Positions 12,844 to 27,373 of a DNA stretch of 64,000 nucleotides are shown piece after piece; the first letter of the stretch is position 1; every line of letters begins with the position of its first letter. A program made the translations under genes and the position numbers. The notes under the pieces are model-generated. The model saw only the letters and a list, made by a program, of their open reading frames with translations. It was not told where the DNA came from and ran no database searches. Source of the DNA: Camelus dromedarius (taxonomy: Eukaryota); contig NC_087437.1 in the NCBI RefSeq assembly GCF_036321535.1, positions 93,808,001 to 93,872,000 of the forward strand, given 5' to 3'.

Positions 12844-14199
12844 TATAAACCTTATGAAAACCTGACATACCAAGATAAGAGAAGAGTTAACAGCAACTCT
12901 AGTCAGACATGAACTATGAATTTATTGACAAGGAGACATAATAAATGTAATAAAAGAGGCAAGATTTGTCCAGAAAGCACTAAAGCTTACTAACTATGGT
13001 AAGAAGCACAAAATTCAAGCAGAACATGACAAAAAGATAATCACCCAAACAGGCCATAAGAAATGAAGCCTAGTGGATTTTCCAGATTTTCTAATAAAAT
13101 AATCTTAACACCTTCTTATACATTTGGTCTGCTTTTTTAAAAATTCACTACAGTATTACACAATTTTATATTTATAGTAAAATTCTCCAAATTGAGAAAA
13201 TAGGTATCAGTCTGTACATTTATTTTAAACATGCACAGAATTTGTGACAGCTGTATTACTAAAAGGATAAACCCCAAGAAAATCCTCAAAGGATTTTAAT
13301 GAACATGTTTCACATGAAGCTACTCAGAAGATTTTGATCCCTGGATAAGATTAAGTCAGGCTACTGCACAAATTAGATATCATTAGAGTATCAGAATGGT
13401 TTGATTGTTTTCCAGCATGTATATGACTTTATATATATACATGTATTACCAACAATATGAATCAAAATGTCAGTAAAGTGCAGGTGAAGCCAAATAAACA
13501 AGTTGTAGATTCAGTTCATACATCATTGATCAGTGAATGTTCTCAATTTTCGCACAGCCCAGGATCCTGATAACTTTCCTGTTGAGTGCATAGCATAAAT
13601 TTTAAATGACCCAGGGCTCACCATGAGGAGAATTGCTAAAAAGCACTTTCAGTGCTCTAAAAATATTCCGAACCACTACTCCACATAATGGAAGAAACTT
13701 TTATTGTAATTCTCAAGAGTCACCTAAAATAAATAGAAATGTAATTTACATATGAACCTTCTAAAGCTCAACTGCCAAATAAATGTGATAATATTGGTAA
13801 CAAAAATTAATTTTTCCATGGTTGATTACTTATGCAGTTTGAAATTCTATTAATTGCTAATTAAAAGGAGAGTAACTGAAAACTCCAATTACCCATAATT
13901 TTTTTTAATATTTTTGTTATGAGTTTAGAATAGAGGTATTCTATAAAAAAAATTTAATATTGGCTTGCCCCATCCCATCAACTCATGAACATTTGATACA
14001 AAGACTCTTTGTCCACTAACATCCAAATAAGCTCTCCGTTAGTCATTGAGATGATGCTGTTGGAATTCCGTCTTCCTGTGCCTACATACCCCCAGATATC
14101 CTGTGTACGATCCCCCATCTTTATCGTCCTGGAGTTAGCAGGGTGAGATTTTCTGTGCCTTTCCTCCATCTTTCCCTGTATCTGACAAAACTAAAGCCT

Positions 14200-15250
14200 C
14201 CTTTTTCATATCTGTCCAAAGTAGAAGTGTCTTTCATGTCCCATCATACATTTAACCTCTTTGTTCTTCCTGTCCTGTAATTAAAATCCTCTCTCTGTTC
14301 CAAACCCTTGGGAATCCTACTCTGGAATTCTTTATTTCTTGGTCAGAACCTCCTCTATATGCATAGAGATGAGCATCTATGTTCTCTCACCGCGTACATA
14401 TCAGTGTCTTTGTTCCTGATAGCCAGTTCCTTGCCATTGAACCTCTACCATATTTTTTTAAAACTCCTGTTGTCTTAAAACTCTTAGACTTGATTACAAG
14501 ACTTGCTTCCTTCTTGTGGTATGGAAGACTTGCTTCCTTCTTGTGGTATACAGGTTTACCGATGTGCCCCCTCATTTATTTAAGATACTGGCACTGACTC
14601 ATTCTTAATTTTCATGGTTACTCCTTCTATCCGTCAAATATGATCCCATCATCCTCACAGATAACTCATCCAACATTCGGGTCTTTCACTTTTCTGGTAG
14701 CCTCTTCCTTCGACTATTTTTTATGCCATTTTTCTGGTTAAAAGTCCTATGTTTGTACACTGGAACATACTAGCAGCCAGGGTTCACTCACCTCTAAAAT
14801 TAATAATTTAAATTATGTTTACTAAAACAAGATAATCCTCTCCTCCCAGCTCCCTTCAATGCAATTTTACGCTGAGTTTATCAAGAATTATGGCTTAATT
14901 TCTTTCTTTCTTCTTTATTTATGTTTCTCCATCTATTACCACTGTTTTGTTTTCTCTCTAGAACAGCAAGTATCTATGATCCATTGTTTCTATTGTTGCC
15001 TTTGCAGTAACCTAATATTTTCTCCTAATCTCTGTATCAGTAAAAGATACCACCTTCCACTCAGTCATTTGTCCAAATGCTTGTAAGTGATCCTGGGCAT
15101 TACATTCTCTTGGCCATTCATATCCTATGAATTATCAAGTCTTATGATTCTCTTTTGTAAATATATCATTAATTGGTGTTTCTTTTCTTATTTGCACTCC
15201 CATTCCAATGTTCTCAGCCATCGTCACTGCCCAGTAAACCACATGAACCA
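14200..15250 (+). mobile_element. L2 LINE (decayed ORF2/3' region)
   Basis: Long pyrimidine-rich tract with L2-like segments (ccaccttccactcagtcatt...cctgggcattacattctc...tcaagtcttatgattctc). Confidence 0.5.
14498..14549. repeat. Perfect 25-bp direct repeat, period 27
   Basis: aagacttgcttccttcttgtggtat at 14498-14522 and 14525-14549. Confidence 0.95.
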
Positions 15251-15557
15251 CACACTGAAGATACACTGTACAAAATGCATAAAACAGTTTGATATTTGTG
15301 GGTATAGTGAGTTTTTTTTAAAACTAATCCATTTGATTCTAATGTTCATTTTGTATCTTTATTTTCATATTCATGTAGGAATTGAGGGAATGCATATTTT
15401 GTGTCATTGATGATCTATTTATGGTGATGGTCGTATGATAGTATTAAACTGATTTGATATTGGGAAATAGTTGCAAGGTAAAATTAGTTTGTTCACTGCA
15501 TCGCTTTTTAAAATTCTAAACTTTTTGTCACACTGTAGCAAGAATGATCTTTTTCTT

Positions 15558-16030
15558 CTTAGTTAATATACTTTAATTTTTAGAGCAGTTGTAGGTTTAC
15601 AGAAAAATCGAGTTGCAAACACAGAGTCCCTGGATAAGCCTTCTCCTAGTCGCCATGCTGTTCCCCCTATTATTAACATCTTGCATTAGTCTTACATATT
15701 TATTACAAGGGATGGACCAATACTGATGTATTATTATTAAAGTCCATAGTTTACATGGCGTACACTTTTTGTTTTGACAAATGTGTAATGTGATTCCACC
15801 ATTACAATATCATGCAGAATAGTTTCACTGCCCTAAGAATCCCCCAGGCTGCCTATCTATCTCTCCATCCTTCCCCATGGGCCCCTGTCAATTCTTGGTC
15901 TGTTTATTCTTTTCATAGTTTTACCTTTTCCAAAATGTCATATAATTGTAATCACACAATATAGAGCCTTTTTAGACGGGCTTCTTTCCCTCAGCAATAT
16001 GCATTAACATTTTCTCTATGTCTTTTCATT
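15558..16030 (-). mobile_element. L1MC-type 3' end
   Basis: tactttaatttttagagcagttgtaggtttacagaaaaat...tattattaacatcttgcattag...cagaatagtttcactgccctaa. Confidence 0.85.
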
Positions 16031-16134
16031 AAGTGATCATTTAAAACTAAAAATCGCATCATGCCACTGTCCTGCTTACAATGCCTTGATGCCTTCCCAT
16101 TGTTCTAAAATGGGATCTAAAATCCTTAGTGAAA

Positions 16135-16305
16135 TCTGACTCTTACTCAAAGTGTGTTTTTGTAGGAAAAAACACATCTTCACCTAAGTGTTTATTCTAA
16201 ATACAGATTATCAGGTGCCACCCTGGTAATACTGAATTATTACTGACATACTGGCAAGATCCCAAGGTGACACAGATGCTCATTGAAATTTTAAAGCACT
16301 AGTGT
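16135..16305. mobile_element. MER5-like hAT DNA transposon remnant
   Basis: aaatacagattatcaggtgccaccc...tactgaat...ccaaggtgacacagatgctc...ttttaaagcactag. Confidence 0.5.
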
Positions 16306-16819
16306 TAAAGGCCCTTAACGATCTTTTCTCTTTACCTTTTTTCTAGCCAGACCAGGGATCAGCTTCCCATCCGGTAGTCACTTAATAACAAGGGATTCCA
16401 GTGTGCTAAAAATAAAGAGGGAAAGCTGTAAAGAGTTTTTATTTCAATAATAAGGGTGAAGATAATAAGATAGTAATAGTAGATAAAAATTCTATTTTTA
16501 AAGTCATACAGATTTTCTCAGTGGCAAATAATGAGTTGCATTTTTTAAAAGCACTTGAGTGTTTTTAACTATTTTTATTCTATAGTAAAAATCTATGCAA
16601 AAATTGAGTATTTAATGAAAGTTTTCCCTTTCCCTCCCTTTTCACTTAAAAGTAATCTAAAAATATTTGAATCTATATAGACATTTAGTCCTAGATTGAC
16701 ACTTATTTTTTTATTATGCTTACTCTGTATTTCCTTGGTGAAGAACAGAGCTATTCCAGCTGGAAAAATGGGAAACCATATATGTTTCAATAAGAACAGA
16801 AAGACATAATGACTTAGTC

Positions 16820-17130
16820 ACCTCAAAGCTTCCTTGGCTAACTTCTATCCACCCATCAGATAGCAGCTTAAACATAATTTCCTCGGGAAAGCCTAGTTTG
16901 GACTCATCAGCCAAGTTTAGATCTTTCCATTACATCCTTCATAGCACCATAGTATCCTTTGTAATGTAATACTTGATATTATTTGTGTGTGTGTCAATGT
17001 CCCTGTTTGATTGTAAATCCCACTGGAAAATTAGAATAAAGACTATATCTGTCATTTTCTGCAGCATCCTTAGGACCTAGGACATAGCTTAAATCACACA
17101 TGATAAATCGATAAATCTTTACTTGGTAAA
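16820..17130 (+). mobile_element. L2 3' end fragment
   Basis: cagcttaaacataatttcctcgggaaagcct...gattgtaaatcccact...ggacctaggacatagctt...ataaatctttacttg. Confidence 0.6.
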
Positions 17131-20100
17131 TATAGATGCAGTGGCTGTGTGTTGTCAGGGGGTCGTCTTACCCAATCCCTATTCCTTTAACAGGTATATC
17201 CACTGTCTTATGTACAGAACATTGATTCCCAGAGTCAAATTCTTTCAATTGCATTTAAAGGAAGATTCTAAACTATATTTCTTCCTAAACCAACTATGAA
17301 ATACATTTGCAATTTTATTCTTCTTTGTGTTTAGCCTAAATCTTTATTTACATCAGTACAATAAACAGCAAATGCTCCTTCATTTGCCAAAGTTGAATAT
17401 AATCCACAAACTATTTTTAACTTTATTTACAAAACAGATGTATTCTTAGCAGGTACATTGATCATTTTTAGTCTTTCTCTCTTGGTATAATCTCTTTTAA
17501 GACAAAGACTGAGGTGTTTTTGATTGTTATTATTTTTTATTTTGTTTGATTGTTTGCCATTTCATAGCAAGCATGCAGCAGTTGCTCAATAAAACTTAAT
17601 TTCATTTTCCCTATATCTCAAAGCTCCTTTTAGAATTTATTTTATAAGCTTTATAACAGCTCTTGCTTCTAAAGAAATGTCTGTCCTTTTTCTTCTATAT
17701 AAGCCTGCTGGAATGAGATGGCAGGTTCAATATCACACAATAAAACAAAGATAAAATAAAACGTAGGTCCCCTTAATCCTCACTCACATACTCCCATCAC
17801 GGCACCAAATTTCTTTGTGGAATAATAATGGGAGATTATATTCGAACTTGCAAGCCAACAATAACCAAGACCATAATAGCTCTAAAGAAAAACGCCTAGC
17901 ACATCAGCAATAAAGACAGGATAGATACCTGAAATACTGCTTTCCTTGGGATTCAGAATTTATATTCAAAACATTGCAGTTGCTGTGAGACACCACAATG
18001 ACACTTCTACCGCACAGTTTCAAAGGTCTAATAAATTAGATTCTTCCTTGGCTCAGTCAAAAATACTGTGTTCAGCAGTTTCAACAATGGAGGCTTCATC
18101 TAATTAAATTAAGTGCTGTAGAGGCTCCTGCCAGCAACACTACCTCGAGCTGATAGACGCAGGTTCGCAATATTGCTAATCTGGCATGCAGCCACCGGGA
18201 TGATCAGACACTGAGCCAACAGTTTGATCTCAAGTAACCGAAAGGCAAGAAAGGGGCAATTTTCCTTTTAATGGTGCAAGCAGTCCTAACATGAAAATTT
18301 ATATCTCCACTACCATATATTTAGAACATTTTTGGAAGGCCCACTTATTAAATTAGACATTTAATTCCAGAGAAGACTGTGATCTCATTACTGCTTTAAT
18401 ATGATAGCTAATTTTCTTCTAATACCATCTCCACTAGAAATGGCAAATTTTGCCTGAAAATGTAGTTTTTTTAATACTGGGGTTTCTCATAATATATGGA
18501 AGATTTAGTACTTTTCTCTTTGTGGGTTTGATTTTTTTCTTTTTCTTTTTGTTAGTGTGTTTGTTTGGATAATTTAAAAATAAAATTCAAGGTAAAAAAT
18601 TGCCACTAAAACAAATTTTAATTAGAAAATTAATTTCACAATTGTATTTTGTTAAATCTTGAGGAACATTCCATTTTTATAATTTTAGGGCCCTAAATTT
18701 TTATAGTTTATATTTATGAAAACTCATAATATGAAATTGCCATAGTTTAATTATTATATTATTGATTTGATTCATAATTTAATTAAGAGAATTATAGGGT
18801 AATTTTGCAATCATGAATAACTGCATTATTATATTCACTCATTTTAGTCAGGGACTTACCAAACTGCTGGCATATATAAATGAAAATAAACAAAAGACAC
18901 AGTGCATATTAGCATGAGCAGGGATATTGATCATATTTGGTTCTTCCTTTTAGATACAATATTTTTCAAGAAGCTCCTTTAAGAGTTTCACTCTTTTAAG
19001 AAACAGTGAATAAGAATATTAAACAGTGAATATGTCAATAAAGGAAGAATTAGGGTTATGATGTCTTACTGTGGCTTTTGAAACACACAAAAGAATGTGA
19101 GGTTTGTGATGAGTCAGGAGGGACCACACAATCTAGGAAACGTAGTAATGGAAGAATATGTCGAATGTATGGAGAACTTTAAATCTCAGGGCAAAAGACT
19201 AGTTTTTTCAGTCCAGTGAATATGTTAAAATGATACCTTGATGTTGCCATAGTCACTACTTAAAAAAAAATGGGCCATTTACTATATAGCATTCTAATAA
19301 GTGGCTAACAAGGCTGAAAATGTCAAATATCAATTAATTTGAGGGACAAAAGCAGATAGCATGTAATAGTCTTCAAAATGTTTAATACAAGATGACTTTT
19401 AACAAGATTTACAGATAATTGGTATGAAAGTTAAACTTTGAAAAGCACAGTATTATGTATGCAATGTTTCCTTTGACTTAGTAATCTGTGAAGTCCATGA
19501 AATTAATACTCCTAACATACTCACTTTTATATTTATATATTACTTAATTAATTAATTAACTCAACAAATCACCTGAAATTAGTTTTACATAGATCAGATG
19601 TCCCAAGGGGATACAGGTCTTCTGAGAGGGAAAAAAAAACAAAAAACACCCAACAACAAGGGGGTGGGTATGGGAGATTGTTTAGTAACAATGAATGCAC
19701 TGACATTCTTCCATCAATCACAGTTTAATTCTTCATCATCCCGTTTTATTGAGGTAGGTTATATAATTATATAATCTCTCTGTTCCATTCTATTGAGCTG
19801 AGTCATTAGGATGACTTTTAGTTTAATATGTTATCCTCTTCAAATAGCATAATTCTAAATGTGTCTTAAGATATTTACTTAGGATGATAATGAAAATTTC
19901 GCATCTATGCAGTTTAGTGGTTATCAGTTACTATTAATAGCTGCTTGAATGCCATATACTATACTGCGAACTTGTTCTCAGTATTTCAGGATATATGTGT
20001 TGAAAGTGGGGATCCATGGCCAAGATTACCATTTAGGTACCCCAGATACTCAAGAACATATCTACTCACTAATACTATTCTGAATATAAAATGCTATTAC

Positions 20101-20297
20101 GTTAATTTGCTTAATTCTTAGTTTATATTACAGATATTTAATAACGATGTAGGCATAACAATCTTTTAACTTTCTTTTTGAGTCACCCACAGATTATCAA
20201 GTATAAAGAGGATTCTTCATATAATCAGGACCAAGCAGGATAAACACTAAAATCTGAATATGCTTTTATAATAGAAAACTGTCAGGCACATAGAATA

Positions 20298-20800
20298 CTG
20301 TTTATAAAATTCTCTTGGCCCAAACTCTTGTTCCAGCCACTGTTGCAGCAAAGCACTGCCAAGCAGGCTGTGAGCAGAGCTTGTCTAATGCGGATTAAAT
20401 CTTCCTTCTGGCTCCAAGTCTCCTATGAGCGTGTGGTGTGGGTCACCAAGGGAACCAGCTCAGCACTTTTGTATATACAACTCAAATGGCGGTGGTGGTA
20501 GTTAAACTCAAGGGGCCGTCCTTATTCAGGGAGTGGATGGAAGCTAAGAGATAAATGCTTTCCATTTTTGCCTCCCAGGGCAACTCTTCTGAAGCACATT
20601 TTACAAGTCTTCTTTCCCTGTCTAGTCACATCAAGCACCAGTCACCTGTTGCAGCTGCGCAATGGATAACACATCCTCCTGTCTTGCATTCTTCTATGCT
20701 CTCTTACTTTCCCATGTTTGCCACTCTTGCTCCTTTGGATCACTTTCCAAGTAAACTATCTGTATAAAACCCTTTGCCCTGGGCTCAGCTTTTAGTGAGA
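20298..20800 (+). mobile_element. LTR16-family (ERVL) solo LTR
   Basis: ctcttggcccaaactcttg...caagggaaccagctcagcac...agataaatgctttcc...ggatcactttccaagtaaactatctg...gggctcagctttt. Confidence 0.7.
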
Positions 20801-21194
20801 AAGAAAAATTATACATATACAAGTTCCTGTTCAAGTGTGCACTTCTTAGGAGCTTTTTCTCTCAAATGTTTGCTCTTATATGGAAAAAAAAGAAAATACC
20901 ACCTCTGTTAAAAAAGCTTTTAGTTCTCCATTATCATTTCTAGAGCTACACTTGTGGAGTTTACTGTCTGTGTCATTTTCTTGCTCAAGTGTTGAGTTTT
21001 CCTGGGTGTGACTCTTTTTTGACAGCTCATCTGAAAAATAATCACAGAAAGCTTGTGGATGTCATGACAGAGGCTCCCCTTTCCTTACCAAATTTAAACC
21101 TTCTCACTTTCAGACCTATTTATATATGGTAGAGAGCAGTGGCTGGAATCAATAAACCCCTCAATCAAACTATAAAATAACATCATTTCATCAG

Positions 21195-21480
21195 ATAGTT
21201 GTGATGGGGCTGAGAAGGGTCAGAAAAGGGCAGCCAGAATGATGAAGGGGATGAAGCTGCTTTCACCCGAGTTTAAACTAAATCATCTGATCATAATGGG
21301 ACTTAGATTTAACTTTTTCTAGAGTCAAGGGTCCATGTAAAATCACAAAGAGTTTTGAAGAGGACAGTGTATTCTCCAGCTTTCACAGTGCAAGAACTAT
21401 GATGCTTGCTTCAACTACTAAAAGATGCATTTTTAAGATGCATTACTAAAAGTGCCCCTTAAACCTATGAGATGTGCAGC
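21195..21480 (+). mobile_element. CR1/L3 LINE 3' remnant
   Basis: ctgagaagggtcagaaaagggcagccagaatgatgaaggggatgaag resembles the CR1 ORF2 C-terminal motif (LERVQRRATKMIKG). Confidence 0.6.
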
Positions 21481-22602
21481 TGTTATTATCCTGTGAGGAG
21501 CTATCTATTGACCATATTGATAGAATCACATACAATTTTGGCTGGTAAGTATTCCTAAGTGGATAATATAAGAATTTGGCCCACTGAAGAGCATTTCATT
21601 GACCTGTTAAGGTTGTTTTCATAGGCAAAACATCTGCATATAAAATATAGTTTTGTGTCCCAGGCAGGGAAAGAATTTGAGAGTACTATTTTGAATTGGT
21701 AGGCCGTGCTCATACAGAGAAAAACTTATATATTGAATGTCTATCTTATGTCATTATCAATGCAGTCAAAATCATCAAGTTATTTGTAAAATTCTCTATT
21801 TAAATTTTATTTACCCTATCTACTTCCAGAATTAAGATGATCACCAAATTTTATCTAGAGAAAATCAGAGTTATCAAAAAAAAAAAAAAAAAAGAATTCT
21901 CTCTTGTGTTTTAAATCCCACGGACCTTTAGCCATTTAACTAGTTGAAACCTAATGAGCTATGAAGAAGGAAAACAAGAGCTAAGTTTCTTTTTTATAGA
22001 ATGTTTTTACCTACCGAATCTTGAGTGTTTGGTAAATCTAATTATCACTTGCAGAGATCAGCTGTATATCCTCTTAAATTAAATCAGATAGTTTATCTCT
22101 GTATCTATAATTTACTGACTTTTCAAGGAGGATAAATGGGAAGGATAAACAGATAGACACACTTAATGAGGTACTCTAATAGTAGTTGCAGATGATTTCT
22201 TAACAGAAAGTACACATCTGAACAGAATGTCATTTTTATTGAGGCCAGCTATAACATTTTGTAACTTTAATTCTTATTTATAGCTTATTCATATGATACA
22301 TTTATATGTTTTTGTCTCTGGAGATAACCAATGTTAATATTTTCTTGTGTATCTTACAGATACAATCTGTGCACACACAAAGAGCTGTTTTTGCTTTGCT
22401 TTCGGGTGTTTCTCATAATAATTTAGTACTTATAAATGGAATCCAAAATATTTTAAACATAACCCTACCAAAGTTTTCTATCTTTAGTCTGTTTTATCAT
22501 TACTTTGAACAGTAAGAAAAATTAGTACATATTCTTTTTCTTCCTTTCCTTTTTATCACCAAATTTTATCGATTTGTATATTGTTCATAATGTTGACATT
22601 TG

Positions 22603-22926
22603 GTATTAGGATAATTAGTTTTAGTTTCTTCAAAAAAAATTCCAGCTGCATAATGCAACGCAGGTTCATTTCTCACACACATAAAGATTGATGGGATTTG
22701 GGAAGCCTCCTTCCATCTGGTAGTGACACCATCTGGAACATGTGGCCTCCAAGGACACCACGGCAGCAGAAGAGAAAGTCGGGAGAAGACACTAGCTCTT
22801 AAGAGCCTCAGCCCAGAAGTGACACATGCTACGTCTGCTCACGGGTCTCAAAATTAACTGCACAACAGGCTGAGAAAAGTAGAGGACAGCAGGCAATAGC
22901 AGTGAACACAAACTCTCTCTGCAGCA
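22603..22926 (-). mobile_element. MLT1J/K-type MaLR LTR
   Basis: ggttcatttctcacac...ccatctggaacatgtggcctcc...cagcccagaagtgacacatgctacgtctgctcac. Confidence 0.7.
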
Positions 22927-22944
22927 TGTCTAATATGTTAACAC

Positions 22945-25900
22945 CGTATTTTTTTTTAATGTATCAACTTTAAACAGCATCATTTGATGGCAAAGTCAAA
23001 TGCAGAGAACATAAATGCACTGACGAATAATCATCACTCATCAGCTATACATGTTACCACCACATATCAAGAAAGAGGATATTTTTAGCTCCCCAGAACT
23101 CCCGTGGTTCTCACAGTCAGTCACCACTCCCTCTTTCCTGCCTAAAGGCACCAATATCCTAAAGTCAAATGCTGTGTTTGAGCTTTGCTTATTTTGAAAC
23201 TTTTTTAAACAGAATCACCCAGTCTGTGTATTCTGTGAGTGACTTTTTTTTGCTCATCATTACGCATGTGAGATGTATCCAAGTTGTTAGGTCAGCCAAG
23301 TGGATCATGTCATGTACAGCGCAGACAGAAGACAGGGTTCATTGGGGGAAGCTTACAATCGGACAGTAGAGCACAGGCAGTCTTGTGAACTCGTTCTTGG
23401 CAGCAAGGCAGAGTACACATGTTCTGTGTGCACTATGGCCAATCACTGAGCAGAAAGGGTCTGGGATCCGCCAGCAGGTTGGGCATGCAGCCAAAGTACT
23501 GCAAGAGAGAGCAAGGAAGGTGCCCTCACACCACCTTGTGTTTTTATTTGTTAGCCTAAAACAGAGTAGGTAATCCTAAACTTCTCTAAGTTAACAAGAA
23601 ATATATGGAGAGGTCCTCAGGGTCATGAATACCTCCAGCCACTGTGCATACAGAGAGGCAAGGTCTGCATGCCAAGGACTCACTGGAAGGAACCCTGTTG
23701 AACATCAGGAGTGTTGAAATCGACCTCCCTTTCTCTCTAGGCCTCTAAGTCCAGTTAAGCCAACTCTCTATTAAGCTACCAAAAGGAGGGAGGGAATCAG
23801 CCTTCAAGACCATCCAGATTTATCTCTCATCATGTTGCACATTGATGAAATCCTTTATTTTACTTATTGTATAGTATTTATCATATGACTGTTCCATGCT
23901 TATTGATGTATTCTATTCTTATGGGCATTTAGATAGATTCCAGCTTCAGGCTATTAAGAATGAAGCTGCCCTGAGCATTCTTGTCTCTGGGTACAAATAT
24001 GTACATTTTTCTTGAGTCTAACTCTGTTAGGCTTCTGCTTGTTCATACGAAATGTGTATACACACCTTCAGTAGCTAATGCATAAAATTTGGAGGTTAAA
24101 AGGAATGGAAAAAAGAAGATAAATACTAATTTCCTTATATATACTAATTTCCATATTACTCAGAGTAACAAATAAAGATATTAAAATAGCATTTCCTTGA
24201 TTATATTTTAAAAGTTGTTGCTGGATTAAGAAATATGTTTTTAGAATTTAACATTTTACATTTGCAGAGTGTCAATGTTCCTCTTTCACGACATCCTCAC
24301 CAGCACCAGGTGTTTTGAGATTTCTTTGTTAGCTGTTCTAGTAGGGGCATTTGAGGTGTTTGTTTTATTATAGTTTTGATTTCCACTTTCCTGATTAGCA
24401 GTGAGCCTGATTATCTTTCATACATCTCTCATTTTGTTAATATCTTTTCTTCAATCTTCTCTTCAAGTAACTTGCCGACTGTTTTTTTTTTGTTTGTTTG
24501 TTTTTTTCCTTTTTGGATCCCTGGTCTTGTTGTTATAGATTTAGAGGAGTTATTTATATATTTAGTTGAATGTATCTATTGCAAATTTTTTTTTCACATT
24601 GTGGCTTGTCTTTTTACTACTTTAATGGGAGGCTTTGTTATTGGTTGCATAGCAATCAGCCTTGCAATTAATGAGTATAGATTATTCTTCATTTATATTG
24701 GTTTTGTTAACGCTTTCCTGTTGAATTGTAGCTTTTATTATTGTGAAAGTTTTGTTTGCAACTCTAATGGCACTACCCCCTTAAAGTCAACCCTGTCTGA
24801 CATTAATATGGTTACACTTGTTTAGAATTTGCATAGTTAATGTTTCCTTCTGTTTATTTCAAATCTTAGAATAGCTTTACATTTTAGATGTATCTCTGTA
24901 AGGAACACATACGGGGTTTTTTAAAATATCAGCCTAAGGATATTTGTCTTTTATTTAGACCATTTAGTTCATTTACAGTCAAGTTTAGTTTAAATCTACC
25001 ATCTTCCTATTTGCTTTTCATAGCTGCTTTGCGTGTTCTATTATTTTTTATTCTGTACTTTCAAAAAATCTTCTTTAGCTTGAGTATGTAATTTTTATAA
25101 TGGAATGATTCTTTTCTCTTAGCATGTTATGCATCGTATTAGTATTTTAGTGCTTACTTTATTTTGATAATTAGTTATATTTTCTCTTTTTCATGATAAT
25201 GAAAATTTTTTAGGAACTTTCAACTCCGTTTATTCTCTTCCTTTGTGACTACTGCCATCATGTATTTTGATAAACTATGAACCAGTGAGTTAGATATTAA
25301 CATTATTTATGAAAATCAAGATAATTTGTATTTACCATATATTTAGGATTTTTATTGGGCTTCTTTCCATACCACATCTTGGAAATTCTTCCTAGGATTA
25401 GCTTTAATCGGCCTGAAGAATAACTTTTAATTTTTTTTAGAAGAGAAGCACTGATGAAAAATTTGTTTTTGGCTATTGTTAGCAAATATCATAATTTCAC
25501 ATTCATTCTTGATGAATATTTTTCTGGTTATAGAAGTCACCTAGGTTGCCATTTATTAATTTTCTGTACATGGAAGATGTTTGGCCATTGTTATCTGACT
25601 TCCATTGTTTTTATTGTTGTTGAGAACTTTGGTATCACGCTAATTACAGTTCCTTGTGTATTGCCTATCCCTTTATCCAGAAGTTTTAATATTTTTATTC
25701 CAGGTAAGATTAGGTGTGGTGCAAGTTGCTTCTCTCACTTCATGACTTTTCTTTCATTCTCTTAATAGAAACTTGGATGAACAGATTTTATAATTTTAAT
25801 ATAGCCCTTTATGGTTGCTCATGTTTATGTCTTATTTAAGGAATAACTTTTTTCATTTGGCCATGAAGATATTTGCTAAATCACATTCTATAATTTCTAT

Positions 25901-26985
25901 CATTATATTATGTACAATTACAGCTAGAATCCACTTGAAATAGATTTTTGTGAAGTATGAGTTATTTTCTATATGATTAATCAGATTTTTCAGTTCTGTA
26001 TATTAAGCAGTCCTTGTTCCACTCATCAGCAGTGTCATTTCTCATGAAGCAAGTGTATGTGTGCATGTGTGTGTGTATAACTTGTATATTTACATGTAAA
26101 TATATCATATATATGGGTGTAAACATAGATATGTAAACGTAGATAGATATGGAAACTATTACGCCAGTAGCAAACTGGTTTTGCTAATTAAATTTTACAT
26201 AAAATTTTTATTATTTATGTATTTATATTTTAAGTATAGTTGATTGATGTTAGTTTATGTAAATTTGACATTTTTATAGATTAGATGCCATTTAAAGTTA
26301 CTATAAAACATACATTAAATCTTTATATTAAGAACAGCCAAATCCTATAACTTCTGCATCATCAAATGCATCTTGGCTTTTCTTGGTTTTTGTGTTCTTA
26401 CATCAAGTGTAGGAAAGCTTTTTTAGGTCTACCAAGAAACCTTTTGGTATTTCTGAATTAAATGCATTAAATAAATATGCATTTGGGGAAAAATGACATT
26501 TTTAGAATTGTTGGCTTTGCAATTAATAAGTATAATATATCCTTCATATATATAGTTTTTCTTTAATATAGATCAATAATATATTATTATAATACATGAA
26601 GATCTTGCACAACTCCATTAGATTCATTCATAGTTATCCGATAGTTTAAATTCTGTAGTAAATTATATATTTTTTTAAATTTTCAGCTTGTTGAAGGCAT
26701 ATAGTTACACAACTGATTTACATATATTGCCTTTGTATTCAATAAATTTGCTAAATGAATTGAATAATTCCAGGAATTTATTTGCATGTTCCTTTGCACT
26801 GTGTAAATAAATATATAATCATACATCCATAATAATGTCACTCTTTTTTTTATTTTTTATTCCTTGCCAATCCTTTTTTTTTTTAAATTTTTGTTTCTTT
26901 TCTTCTATGGTTGCAATGGCTAGCCCTTAACAGTAAAATTCTTTTATAAGTCCACTATAAAGGGAAAATATGCAGTATTTTTCTT
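22945..26985 (-). mobile_element. L1ME-type LINE fragments (3' UTR, ORF2, and an EN/ORF1 piece at ~24630-25720)
   Basis: T-rich strand with L1 hallmarks: ttccagcttcaggctattaagaatgaagctg, catcctcaccagcac, gatgaacagattttataattttaat, gcaatggctag. Interrupted at ~23285-23830. Confidence 0.75.
23285..23830. mobile_element. Unclassified LTR-like insertion inside L1ME
   Basis: GC-richer ~550-bp block starting tgttaggtcagccaag. L1 sequence stops at gtatccaagt and resumes near catgttgcac. Confidence 0.55.
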
Positions 26986-26986
26986 T

Positions 26987-27350
26987 TTTATCCATCTGAT
27001 CATGGCAAGAAACAGTTTGAACATTCAGAGTTAGTATTTTTAAGGTTATCTAATACTTTACAAAAGTGTAGGTAGAGTATAAGGCACCAAGCACAATGGC
27101 GCCCTACCTCACGGCTGGTGGCCGTGAAGAACTGTAACTACACTTAGGCCTGATGGGGCAGTGAGAAAAACTGGTATCTTTAAAGGAGAGATGGTAGCTC
27201 TATGAGGAGGAGGAGGGTTATCTAATAGGAGATGTAGCCTTTGGTGTATGACACCACATGATGTCATGAAGCTGGATAGGGAAGAGACGTTGAGGTGGTA
27301 GGAGCAGGTACCATGAGTGCTTTATACTTTTTTGTGCAATTTACTGGTGC
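26987..27350 (-). mobile_element. Partial LTR33-like ERVL LTR (3' LTR of adjacent pol remnant)
   Basis: tttacaaaagtgtaggtagagtataagg...cacttaggcctgatggggcag...aggagatgtagcctttggt matches the recalled reverse complement of LTR33; same strand as pol. Confidence 0.6.
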
Positions 27351-27373
27351 CTTCTGGAAGAAGCTTTGGCTTG

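Noticed and set aside
17929..18027. 99-bp open minus-strand exon candidate
   Set aside because: Weak acceptor (ctaatttattag) and donor (gtatct), and no recognisable peptide.
24376..24825. Longest ORF (149 aa, hydrophobic)
   Set aside because: It lies on the T-rich antisense strand of decayed L1, which explains the F/L/I richness; not a membrane protein gene.
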